Shown one piece after another: positions 1 to 9,750 of a DNA stretch of 37,615 bases (position 1 is its first letter; each line of letters starts with the position of its first letter). Below the pieces are notes generated by a model, which was given only the letters and a program-made list of their open reading frames with translations, searched no databases and was not told the DNA's origin. The stretch lies in assembly GCF_001194135.2 (NCBI RefSeq), contig NC_068992.1:15146271-15183885 (forward strand), read 5' to 3'. This DNA is from Octopus bimaculoides. Lineage: Eukaryota. A program made the position numbers and the translations under genes.

Positions 1-48
<48 letters not shown>
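1..48. repeat. (TA)n/(CA)n microsatellite
   Basis: Direct reading. Confidence 0.97.
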
Positions 49-1194
49 GGTGATCACATTAGTGCAAAACAAGGTGGAAAATAGTACTCGAATATTTACA
101 TTTATATATACTTTATGTACGTATGTATGTATATGTATATGTATATGTATATGCATATATACATTTACAAACACACATGTATGTGGTGATATGTCATTTG
201 CAATTGCAAACTGAGTAACTGTATTAATGTCAAATGCACCAGAGCCATTGGTCACCTTTGACATTTGCGTGCAGGTAATTTGCATTTCAAGTATGCAATT
301 CCTTGGAAGAAACTCAATTTGTCCTTTAGGACTAACGTTTATTTAATGATTGGTGGTTCATATTGATATTCTCATTCCTTCATTGGATAATAATCCAGCA
401 GTTTTAGCCTGTTGTCTTCGTTTGAGCTATAGCGCCTTTATTCTGCTTCAGCCCATCCATTAATTTACAAATATAGAGGTGTTGACAACTGATTGAATTA
501 TGGATAACATTATGCTACACACTCTAAAACTATAATTAGTTTTGGGCAAGTTTCTCATTGTTCTGATGATGTGCATTCTGAGATACAATGGAAAATGGTT
601 GCTACTATTTCGCTTCTACCTCTTTCGTAGCCAATGTTTGTAACTTCAGAATATATGATGAAAAAGAAAGGAAATATATGATGTAAAAGGAAAGTAAAAT
701 AAAGAGTTTTCCACTACATCAGTCACTGGAAGAAAAACTAAACTAACATAAGAAGAAATTAAGTTTCAAACTGACTTTCGGTCTTCACTATACCGCAGTC
801 ATAAACGGAGACTACATATTTTTGTCAAGAAGGATTTTTGACAAACGGAAAATACACATGTTTATTGTTGCATTAAAATATGTTTTTGCTATGTAATAAT
901 TTGATAGACACTCAATGAATATTACACGGACAATTTGTTTAGCAATTCGTGAAGGACATTACTACTATGACACTTGACATTCGAAGAAGAACCATATTTA
1001 TTTTCTCTTGGCAGTTGTAACAGCAAAACTATGCATCTTTTTGAATGTTAACCACTTTAAATCAGTTTTTTCCTGGATGTTTCCTGTCATAATCAAATCC
1101 GTATTTTCTTAACCTGTCAACATCTTTTTTTATTATTGTTGCCGTTTTATTACACACACACATATGCATAAACATTTATAGTCTACTTAACGTG

Positions 1195-1298
1195 GCCATG
1201 ATAGATCGCTAGCCACTAAACCCTTTTTTAATTTTCTCTCCCTCTTTATTTCTGTGTTCCTTTCTGTCGAAGAGCGTAGGCTCGAAACGTGAAAGACT
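1195..1298 (+). mobile_element. Penelope-like terminal fragment with degenerate hammerhead-like motif
   Basis: CTTT-CTGTCGA-A-GAG-cgtagg-CTC-GAAA-CGT-G-AAAG at 1260-1295. It is interrupted at 1299 by an LTR-like sequence. The family call is inferred from this topology only. Confidence 0.45.
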
Positions 1299-1645
1299 TG
1301 TAGTAACGCCGTGCGCATGCGTAGTCTCACGCATGCGTGGAATTAAACAAGCAAGCTCTCCCGCTTAATTCTATCTCTTTCTCGGTTGGCCGACCATGAG
1401 CATGGACGTGTCAAGCAGTGTCTCCAACATTCCAACCTGGAGACAGTCTCTTTACGTGTTTAGCTGTCACTCTCCATCTTTCGGACTTACACTCGACAGC
1501 TCGCTTACATCTACATAACAACGTCCCAACAACTATGCTCACACACACAGAAGCTGTAAGAACAAGAGCTAAAGATGTATATATTTACCACCTGAATAAA
1601 TGTTGTTTAAGTTGATAGTCCGGAGTTCAGCGTTCCGTTATATTC
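1299..1645 (+). mobile_element. Probable solo LTR (3' end runs into gap)
   Basis: Abrupt start at TGTAGT (1299), higher GC than the flanks, AATAAA at 1595-1600, and ends TTATATTC at the gap, compatible with a TG...CA boundary. About 350 bp. The TSD cannot be checked. Confidence 0.55.
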
Positions 1646-1770
1646 NNNNNNNNNNNNNNNNNNNNNNNNNNNNNNNNNNNNNNNNNNNNNNNNNNNNNNN
1701 NNNNNNNNNNNNNNNNNNNNNNNNNNNNNNNNNNNNNNNNNNNNNNNNNNNNNNNNNNNNNNNNNNNNNN
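1646..1770. other. Assembly gap (125 N)
   Basis: N run. Confidence 1.
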
Positions 1771-1771
1771 N

Positions 1772-1804
<33 letters not shown>

Positions 1805-1808
<4 letters not shown>

Positions 1809-2239
1809 GTGGCCCCCAAATTAGGTTTAAAGTTATCACGTAGGCACTTTATATTGGGTTGTACGGAAATTTCGTGCCGATTTTTAAAGGAAAGAAAAAG
1901 GTCAATAAATACTTGCCATTACATTTTTAATCAACCAAATATGAAGCATTTTGTTGCACAATGCGTCTCCATCTTTCTTTAACTTGGAAATACCCTCTTC
2001 CCAGAATTGAGGTGGTTTCATGGCAAATAATTCGAAAGGTAAGCTACTATAAATCAGCACGAACTTTCTGGACAACCCAATATTTCTATCTTACAAACTG
2101 AAAAGGGAGCTCGACAAAATTAAGTAAATTAGCATAGAATAATGGCTTCAGATTTTTTTATAATTAAGATCTAAACTGTTAATATATGAATGCGAAAGAG
2201 ATAGTTGAATATATGTAAACCTACTTTTGGGTCACCCTG
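1805..2239. mobile_element. Tc1/mariner-type MITE (outer element), TA TSD
   Basis: Left TIR CAGAGTGGCCCCCAAATTAGGTTTAAA versus reverse-complemented right TIR CAGGGTGACCCAAAAGTAGGTTTACA. TA at 1803-1804 and 2240-2241. About 206 bp once the nested element is removed. Confidence 0.75.
1854..2080 (-). mobile_element. Mariner deletion derivative (MITE) nested in the outer MITE
   Basis: 27-bp TIRs TTGGGTTGTACGGAAATTTCGTGCCGA / TTGGGTTGTCCAGAAAGTTCGTGCTGA (23/27 identical). TA TSDs at 1852-1853 and 2081-2082. Minus strand retains a frameshifted mariner C-terminus FAMKPPQFWEEGISKLK/ERWRRIVQQNASYLVD*. Confidence 0.9.
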
Positions 2240-2953
2240 TATATATAAGCATTTATAGTCTACTTAATGTGAATATACTTTAAGAGCGCCTTGATATTGC
2301 AGTATTCTTCTTAAGATAATATCTTTTAGATGTAAAGTGCTAAAACCACAGAAATAGCAGCAGCGGACAAAACCGTTCAACACTGGCAGTGAAACCACTA
2401 GATCACGGGATTTCTGCGTGTATGCGCGTCGTCAACCACAGGTACCCTCTATCATCGCATGCTTAGCTGAAATTAGTCACTGGTGCCGCAAATAGTTGGC
2501 GAGTTGTGTAGAATTAGTTTTAGACGACGGAAGCAGTTTTAGTAGTGAACAGCAATCTTTATAGCCTACTTAAAGTATGTCCTATGCAGATATATTTCTA
2601 AAACGCCATAATACTGCAGTATTCGTATTGAGAAAGCATCTCATGCAGACGCATGGTGCTAAAAAGCAGACCACTATCAGTAGCGGACAGAAATGTTCAG
2701 CCCCGGTTGTGGAACTGCAAGGTCATGTCATTTCTGCCAGTCATCAGACGGCAAATTGCGCTTATTTGTACAGTTTATATTCGTGGGACTTCCTATGAGG
2801 TGGTGGAGGGTAGTATTAGGGCTGGCAGTAAGTGCACCTTCAGCTAATGCACATGATTTTTATTCTAGTAGAAACATTTCTAAAGTATATGAATTTTTGA
2901 TAGTTTGTCCGTCAAGTATGACGATGTCTTTCCAACTACTAAAATATGAATAA

Positions 2954-3320
2954 ACTAGCTGACCACGTTCCGTTAATAATGACGGCTAATTATGGTATTT
3001 TATATATAAATAAGGTACAAAATAGGGTACATAATAATCACAGATACAAACATTTACATACCTCCTTTATACACGCACACACACACATACACACATATAC
3101 ACATATACTCATTCAGAGTTGAAACGTTGATTTTTCTTCACCCCTTACTTCCTTATTCATCTATCACCCCTTCTTTTCTCACATTGCTATTACTTTCTCT
3201 CACCCCCTCTCAGTCAGGGCTATTACTCTTATTACTTCTCCTTCACTGAATTACTATTTTCTCTCCCCCACGTCCGGCGTGATTCTGGACATACGGACAC
3301 ACACTTATATATATATATAC
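2954..3320 (+). mobile_element. Possible Helitron/Helentron-associated non-autonomous repeat
   Basis: Starts ACTAGCTGACC followed by a CCGT..ACGG mini-hairpin, contains (CA)n, and ends in an (AT)n-rich tail. This is a weak pattern resemblance only. Confidence 0.3.
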
Positions 3321-3360
3321 GAATATATAAAAACACTACGCTCATTATTATATTGTGAGG

Positions 3361-3383
3361 TATACATACATACATACATACAT

Positions 3384-3416
<33 letters not shown>
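3361..3416. repeat. (TACA)n(TA)n microsatellite
   Basis: Direct reading. Confidence 0.95.
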
Positions 3417-3419
<3 letters not shown>

Positions 3420-4383
3420 GAGAGAAAGGAAAGGAAAGAGAAGATGTGAAAGTTATCATATCGGAACACAGGTGACTAATGAAGACATTCACTTAAACCA
3501 TTCGGTATCTGAAAAAGGGGACTAGAAAATCACCACAGACCACACCTATTCTACATCTTCCGTGCAACATGAAGCTATGGAAGTAGCAGTATTTCATTGT
3601 TGCAAATGTGTGATACCTTCACTGGGTTATGAAAGATCCGTCATCTGTCACCCGAAAAAGTTTCAGCCATCAGTATTCAATGAAAACCACGACAGATTAA
3701 GCAGGACTTGAAGAAGGGACGCAGTCACAGGAGACGGGGAGGAAAAAAACCCACAACTACTCCCGTTTTTACTAAACCTTTCGTGCGACTGAAGTTACAA
3801 GTATAGCGGTATTTTATTGCCGCAAATGTGCAGAATATACCAACACCATTACGAGATTATTTGTCCCTTAGTTAGATGTCTGTCAACCATGTACTTTGCA
3901 CAATTGTTAACTATGCATGGAGGCTGGACAAGCGAACGGTTTTTAAAGATAGGAACATCTAATCACACATAAGACCCACTCTTTTGTTCTCATAAAATAC
4001 ACCAAGTGGCGAGACAAAGTCAAGACAACTGAGTTTGAATGAGAATGAGCAAGACTGTCACAGCGGCTGAAGGGATCACCAGACATCGTTGTACCATTTA
4101 AACTGATGTGTCCTGGCCATAAAACTTCGGTCTTGATGTTCGCTCTGTATCATCGCTTGTAGTCCAGCGTGACGGTATGCTTTCATCTGCACAGATAGTC
4201 GCTTACTAGCCTGCTGCCACCGACTTTGAAGCTTTGAAGCTATGGGGATGAAGGTTGTGTCTTACATCTCTTATTTGAAAGAAATGAAAGACAAAATGCC
4301 GATAAACACATTTGTAGTGTGCGTAGGTATACATTATTGGATGACCGGTGATTTCATTTTGACCGTTATATATATATATATAT

Positions 4384-5199
4384 NNNNNNNNNNNNNNNNN
4401 NNNNNNNNNNNNNNNNNNNNNNNNNNNNNNNNNNNNNNNNNNNNNNNNNNNNNNNNNNNNNNNNNNNNNNNNNNNNNNNNNNNNNNNNNNNNNNNNNNNN
4501 NNNNNNNNNNNNNNNNNNNNNNNNNNNNNNNNNNNNNNNNNNNNNNNNNNNNNNNNNNNNNNNNNNNNNNNNNNNNNNNNNNNNNNNNNNNNNNNNNNNN
4601 NNNNNNNNNNNNNNNNNNNNNNNNNNNNNNNNNNNNNNNNNNNNNNNNNNNNNNNNNNNNNNNNNNNNNNNNNNNNNNNNNNNNNNNNNNNNNNNNNNNN
4701 NNNNNNNNNNNNNNNNNNNNNNNNNNNNNNNNNNNNNNNNNNNNNNNNNNNNNNNNNNNNNNNNNNNNNNNNNNNNNNNNNNNNNNNNNNNNNNNNNNNN
4801 NNNNNNNNNNNNNNNNNNNNNNNNNNNNNNNNNNNNNNNNNNNNNNNNNNNNNNNNNNNNNNNNNNNNNNNNNNNNNNNNNNNNNNNNNNNNNNNNNNNN
4901 NNNNNNNNNNNNNNNNNNNNNNNNNNNNNNNNNNNNNNNNNNNNNNNNNNNNNNNNNNNNNNNNNNNNNNNNNNNNNNNNNNNNNNNNNNNNNNNNNNNN
5001 NNNNNNNNNNNNNNNNNNNNNNNNNNNNNNNNNNNNNNNNNNNNNNNNNNNNNNNNNNNNNNNNNNNNNNNNNNNNNNNNNNNNNNNNNNNNNNNNNNNN
5101 NNNNNNNNNNNNNNNNNNNNNNNNNNNNNNNNNNNNNNNNNNNNNNNNNNNNNNNNNNNNNNNNNNNNNNNNNNNNNNNNNNNNNNNNNNNNNNNNNNN
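4384..5199. other. Assembly gap (816 N)
   Basis: N run; the long X-filled ORFs here are artefacts. Confidence 1.
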
Positions 5200-5234
5200 A
5201 ATAAGTGGAGCAAGAGCACACACGAAGATGGAAA

Positions 5235-5370
5235 GTGTCGCCGAAGAGGTCACAGATGTTTGACGAAAGATTTGCGGACAATGGACCTGAGTTAGAACAA
5301 GAACAGTAAAGAACGAGTGAAGAAAGAATATATAGCAAGTGTGTTTATTTAGCAAAAAAAAAAAAAAAAA
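5235..5370 (+). mobile_element. Retroelement 3' end with hammerhead-like motif and poly(A)
   Basis: CCGAAGA-G-GTCA-cagatgtt-TGAC-GAAA at 5241-5268, a tail shared with 31323-31425, and A17 at 5354-5370. Confidence 0.55.
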
Positions 5371-5387
5371 TTACCATCCCGAAATAC

Positions 5388-5428
<41 letters not shown>
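5388..5428. repeat. (CA)n microsatellite
   Basis: Direct reading. Confidence 0.97.
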
Positions 5429-5430
<2 letters not shown>

Positions 5431-5760
5431 ATAATTTAAGCATGTACATAATCTATGCATATTTATGCACGACAGATGTCCAGTTATTTTGCACAAATAT
5501 ATATATATATACTATAAAATATTTATAAATCTTGAGCGGTTAATGTCTTAATGTCCTTGCATGTCTAGAAACAAATGGAAAGATGAAGTATTTATCTGTT
5601 ATGAGTATACGATCCGCCTTCTAGATGTTTAGAAACTTTTAAAGAGAGGTAGTTATAGCGGTTTTACTAACTCTTATTATACATCTAATAAGTTGCAATT
5701 TTGGAAACTCTTACTATGCATTTAATAAGTTGATCTCCCAACTTTTGTCATTCCATGTTG

Positions 5761-5794
5761 ATAGATAGATAGGTAGGTAAGTAGATATGCAGGC

Positions 5795-5847
<53 letters not shown>

Positions 5848-5848
5848 C
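5761..5848. repeat. (GATA)n microsatellite
   Basis: Direct reading. Confidence 0.97.
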
Positions 5849-5849
5849 A

Positions 5850-6125
5850 TTTCTTTTATTAGCCACACAGGGCTCAACGAAGATGGGACAAATACAATGT
5901 AGAGCTTTTCTTTTTGGGAGGGGGAAGGGGGAAAAAAGGGGGGGGTCGATCAAAAGGGATCGTAGGAAGGAAAAGGGGGGAGTTCGATCAAAAGGGATCG
6001 GAAAAAAAGGGGCGATCAACAGGGATCGTGTATCACACAGTAATGTTCTCGTGTAAAAGGAGGGGAGGACAGTTTAGGTTTGGCTGTGGAAAGAAAAGCC
6101 TACGGAAAAGACCACGGTAACCTTG
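5850..6125 (-). mobile_element. Non-LTR retrotransposon 3' UTR remnant (inferred)
   Basis: The minus strand is a pyrimidine-rich tract ending AATAAA (plus-strand TTTATT 5855-5860) and running into a (TCTA)n tail. It has no coding motif, so the family is unassigned. Confidence 0.4.
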
Positions 6126-6129
6126 GTCA

Positions 6130-6240
6130 ATAGATGGATAGATAGATACGCAGATAGATAGACAGATACATACATACATACATACATACATACATACATA
6201 CATACATACATACACGTAACAGATACATACATACATGTAT
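6130..6240. repeat. (GATA)/(CATA)n compound microsatellite
   Basis: Direct reading. Confidence 0.95.
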
Positions 6241-6242
6241 AC

Positions 6243-6945
6243 CTGTAACAGAACTTCAATATATCCCTCTCAACCCTACTTGTCACTGTCAACTAGTTTG
6301 CAGAATGCAGTCGGGACGTGAAGACAATTTGGAAGCTCGCTATGCCATAAAGTTTTGTGTTAAATTGGGGGAAAACACGCTTGGGAAACTTAAGAAATAA
6401 CCTTTTCGTTGGCACCAGAGGTTCAAGGACGGTAGAAAGGAAATAAGAGGCGATGAGAAGTATGGAATGAAGAGGGGCGTCAGTTGAAAAAATTCGTGTG
6501 TCTACAAGAAGAATAAACATATAATCTGAAGTTGGTGTGTAAACTGTATACAGAATTATTCATGAAGATATGAATATGCGCAAAATCTGTGCAAAGTTTG
6601 TTCTCAGAGCGCTCAGTGACGAGCAATATGGTAATCAGCTACTTAGCAGAGATGGGCATCAAATCTGTCCCTAATCCTCTCTACAGTTGAGATCTTGCTC
6701 TCTGTGACTTTTGGTTGTTCCCTACGCTGAAGGAGAATCTCAGGGTTCGTTTTGAAGACATTGAGAAGCTGACGGAGGCTGTGAGAGGGTTCTGAACACC
6801 TTCAGTTTGGAGGACGTCCATGCGGGCTTCGCGAAGTGGTTGGAGCGCTAGGATCCTACTGTGAAGGAGATTAGAGTTTTGTACTTCTTGGAAATTAATA
6901 AATTTCTCTCCTGGAAAGCCTGAAAATGCCTGGAATGCATCTTGT
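6243..6945 (+). mobile_element. Mariner transposon, decayed and internally deleted
   Basis: From ATG 6305, in shifting frames: MQSGREDNLEARYAIKFCVKLG; FRWHQRFKDGRKEIRGDE; MRKICAKFVLRALSDEQ (WVPHEL-like linker); YS*DLALCDFWLFPTLKENLR (YSPDLAPxD); EDVHAGFAKWLER. A TIR-like end lies near 6911-6945. The segment with the first two catalytic Asp is missing. Confidence 0.92.
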
Positions 6946-7021
6946 GCATATGTCAAGCCCAGGAAAGAAGAGCGTGATAGAGCAGAAGATACAAAAAAAT
7001 GAGGTTGACTACATATGGAGA

Positions 7022-7108
7022 GATTTGTTTATAAGGGGCTCAACATGTGGTAGGGATTTGTTTATAAGGGGCTTAACATGTGGTAGGGATTTGTTTATAG
7101 GGGGTTCA
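7022..7108. repeat. 33-bp minisatellite, about 2.6 copies
   Basis: GATTTGTTTATAAGGGGCT(C/T)AACATGTGGTAGG starts at 7022, 7055 and 7088. Confidence 0.95.
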
Positions 7109-7242
7109 GTCACTAATGAGACTGCCTTTCTACTTATCTGATTTCATTAGAGCAAAGAAATATGCAAGCATGCACATACAAAAACATACACAGACATTCA
7201 TATATAATGCATACATGTCCATTCATGTGTTAATGTGTAATC

Positions 7243-7504
7243 TGTCTGTCTGTCTGTCTGTCTATGTATGAATGTATCTATCTATCTATCTATTTATCTA
7301 TCTGCCTATCTACCTGTCTATNNNNNNNNNNNNNNNNNNNNNNNNNNNNNNNNNNNNNNNNNNNNNNNNNNNNNNNNNNNNNNNNNNNNNNNNNNNNNNN
7401 NNNNNNNNNNNNNNNNNNNNNNNNNNNTCTATCTATCTTTCGGTCTATCTATCTATCTGTCTGCCTATCTATCTATCTATCTGCCTATCTATCTATCTAT
7501 CTGC

Positions 7505-7544
<40 letters not shown>

Positions 7545-7545
7545 G
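7243..7545. repeat. (TCTG)/(TCTA)n microsatellite spanning gap 7322-7427
   Basis: Direct reading; 106 N inside. Confidence 0.95.
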
Positions 7546-7874
7546 TATCTCTTTGTCTGTCAGCCTGCCTGTATATTTATCTATTTAGCTAACTCTCTCT
7601 CTCTATATATGTATATATATAAACGTCTACATGCATAATACTTACTCACACATACCCACATACATACGCATGTATATATACATGTATGTGTGTAGGGTGT
7701 TGTAGGGGTGGATAATGAAATGACGTAAATGCTAACATAGACAAGTCTTGTCTATTGTAGATTCAAGTATTGATTATTTGAAAACAGTATTTCATGTCAA
7801 ATTAAACCTTCCCGTTGATAATAAACTATGGTAGCATTACATAACCGTCTAAACATCTACAACAGCATTAACTA

Positions 7875-7906
7875 CAGCAACAACAACAACAACAACAGCA
7901 GCAGCA
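7875..7906. repeat. (CAA)n(CAG)n trinucleotide repeat
   Basis: Direct reading. Confidence 0.9.
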
Positions 7907-8134
7907 GATACAGACTACATAATAATCAGAACGAGGTCAGAAAACAAGAAGGGAGACAATATCGAATCTCACATTTATTCAAGCAGTTTATTTATTGGTC
8001 TAATGACGGAAAGCTTCACAGATGTAACACGTCCCACTAATTATTTTGTGCTATGGTATGTCAAAAGACGAGACCCTTAACCGTATTAGCTTAGGGAAAC
8101 TAGTAGAAAACTAGTCAGCCAGTTAGCTCTGTGA

Positions 8135-8271
8135 AGGCGCAGGCGTGGCTGTGTGGTAAGAAGCTTGCTCCTCAACCACATGGTTGTAGGTTCAGTCCCA
8201 CTACATAGCACATTGAGCATGTGTCTCCTACTATATATCTATATGCCATGCGAAGCGTTGTGAGTGGATTT
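8135..8271 (+). mobile_element. tRNA-type SINE family A, 5' portion
   Basis: GGCGTGGCTGTGTGGTAAGAAGCTTGCT...GGTTCAGTCCCACT aligns with 12063-12230 and 25185-25270. Confidence 0.88.
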
Positions 8272-9332
8272 CAAATGACAAATAATCACTACATCACTAG
8301 CCACGTGATTCTACTTTCTCAAGGAGATGGCATTAACAGAACTGAAAAGTTCACTATTTAACCGCCAACGAGATTTGAATATTCTTCATTCCTGGAAATG
8401 AATTTCAATTCTCCATACAAGACGTTCACTTCACTTTAGTGGTTCAGATAGTGCAATATCAGAGTTCATTTTTTGCTGGAATCAGACGATAAATCGAGTG
8501 AGAAGTTGCCATTGTTTCAACGAATGAAACCTTTCTTTGGCTTAACTATCTCTTTACGCTAAAAATATCAAAGACAGAAAGATGCAATTCATTGATTTTG
8601 GTACAAGAATTGTTTTATTACCGTGTGTTTCTTTGTAGTATAGTGTCATTTATTTTTAATGTAGGATTATAGAGTGTAGTCTTGTGTGGTGTAGCCTAGA
8701 GTAATGCCGTATATTATAGAGTGTTGCAGTGTTGTGGCGAGTTCAAAGCCACTTCTTCACAACTTCCGTTGTTTTCAGCATCAACATGAGCTCAAATATA
8801 TTGTTCTCCTTTTCGTGGTGTTGGCTGTTGCTGACAAAGGGAGCCAAAAATAATTTCCAATAATTAATTATTAATTCTATATCAAAATTCCTTGTCGAAG
8901 GTGAGAGAGCGAGCGAGGGAGGAACAACGAGAGACAAAGAATGAAACAAAGAAAGAGAGAGACAGAAGGAGAGTGGGGATGCAGTTCACTGTTGTAGACA
9001 TTGAATTTCTTGCGTGTTTCCAGTTGAATTCAAAGCTTGCATTCGAGAAAACCAAAAGAGAAAAGAAGAGATACTGTAACAAAATCATTAAAGAAATATG
9101 ATGACAATTTTCCAATGACGGCGCCAGGGCAAATATTTTGAACGAAGATGTTGGTCAATATAGTCAATATATTGAACTGCCCCCGAAATATTAGCATCAA
9201 TTATCTTAGATGTAAAGACAAATTCTTACTCATCGATCTGAACAGTGAAACTGTAAACTCTGCAGATTATTCAATATCTAGTTTGCTGCTTAAGTTTGTA
9301 ACTAATTTTTAATCATCGTCAATATTATCACC

Positions 9333-9541
9333 AAGGGCGGTTAACTGGATAAATCGTTAGAGTGGCGGGCAAAATGTCTTGCGGTATTTAGCTGTGTCAC
9401 TCTACTTCTTGAGTTCAAAATCCGCCAGAATTAACTATACTTTTACATCCTTTCACAGTCGATAAGTTTAGTACTTGGGTCGTTGGTATCGACAAACCCC
9501 ATTCCTTTTAAAATTATTGGCCTTACGCCGAAATTAGAAAC
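9333..9541 (+). mobile_element. tRNA-type SINE family B, diverged
   Basis: AAGGGCGG...AATCGTTAG...GAGTTCAAAATCCGCC matches the reverse complement of 18946-19162. Confidence 0.8.
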
Positions 9542-9560
9542 ATTTCTTACCATTACTACT

Positions 9561-9750
9561 AAGAGTGGTTCGTTGTTGGAGAAATACTTTTTATATTCTG
9601 AGTTCAAATCCCACCGGAGCCGGTTTTGTTTTATTTTTTTCGCTTGTCTGGTGTAGATTCTCGAAAGTACTACTTGAGTACTGGTGCTAATATAATCGAT
9701 TGTCTCCTTCCTTCACATTTCTGGTTTTGTGCTTATATCAGACAGAATTA
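9561..9750 (+). mobile_element. SINE family B, highly diverged second copy
   Basis: TTCTGAGTTCAAATCCCACC...TTGAGTACTGGTG...TAATCGA..CTGGTTTTGTGC. Confidence 0.6.

Noticed and set aside
4206-5355. ORFs of 320-337 aa (likewise 22057-22972, 25169-25894, 29153-29653)
   Set aside because: They are open only because they run through N gaps.
7022-7108. Repeat array as possible CRISPR
   Set aside because: Tandem units without spacers in eukaryotic DNA; no cas genes.
7828-8040. Possible polyQ/polyN exon
   Set aside because: Short (CAA/CAG)n; the Gln frame closes within a few codons and there are no splice signals.
8990-9280. Cadherin-like fragments (LAFEKTKR, YDDNFP, NEDVGQ, FLLIDLNS)
   Set aside because: The motifs are in different frames, non-consensus and wrongly spaced for a cadherin repeat, so they do not support a protocadherin call.
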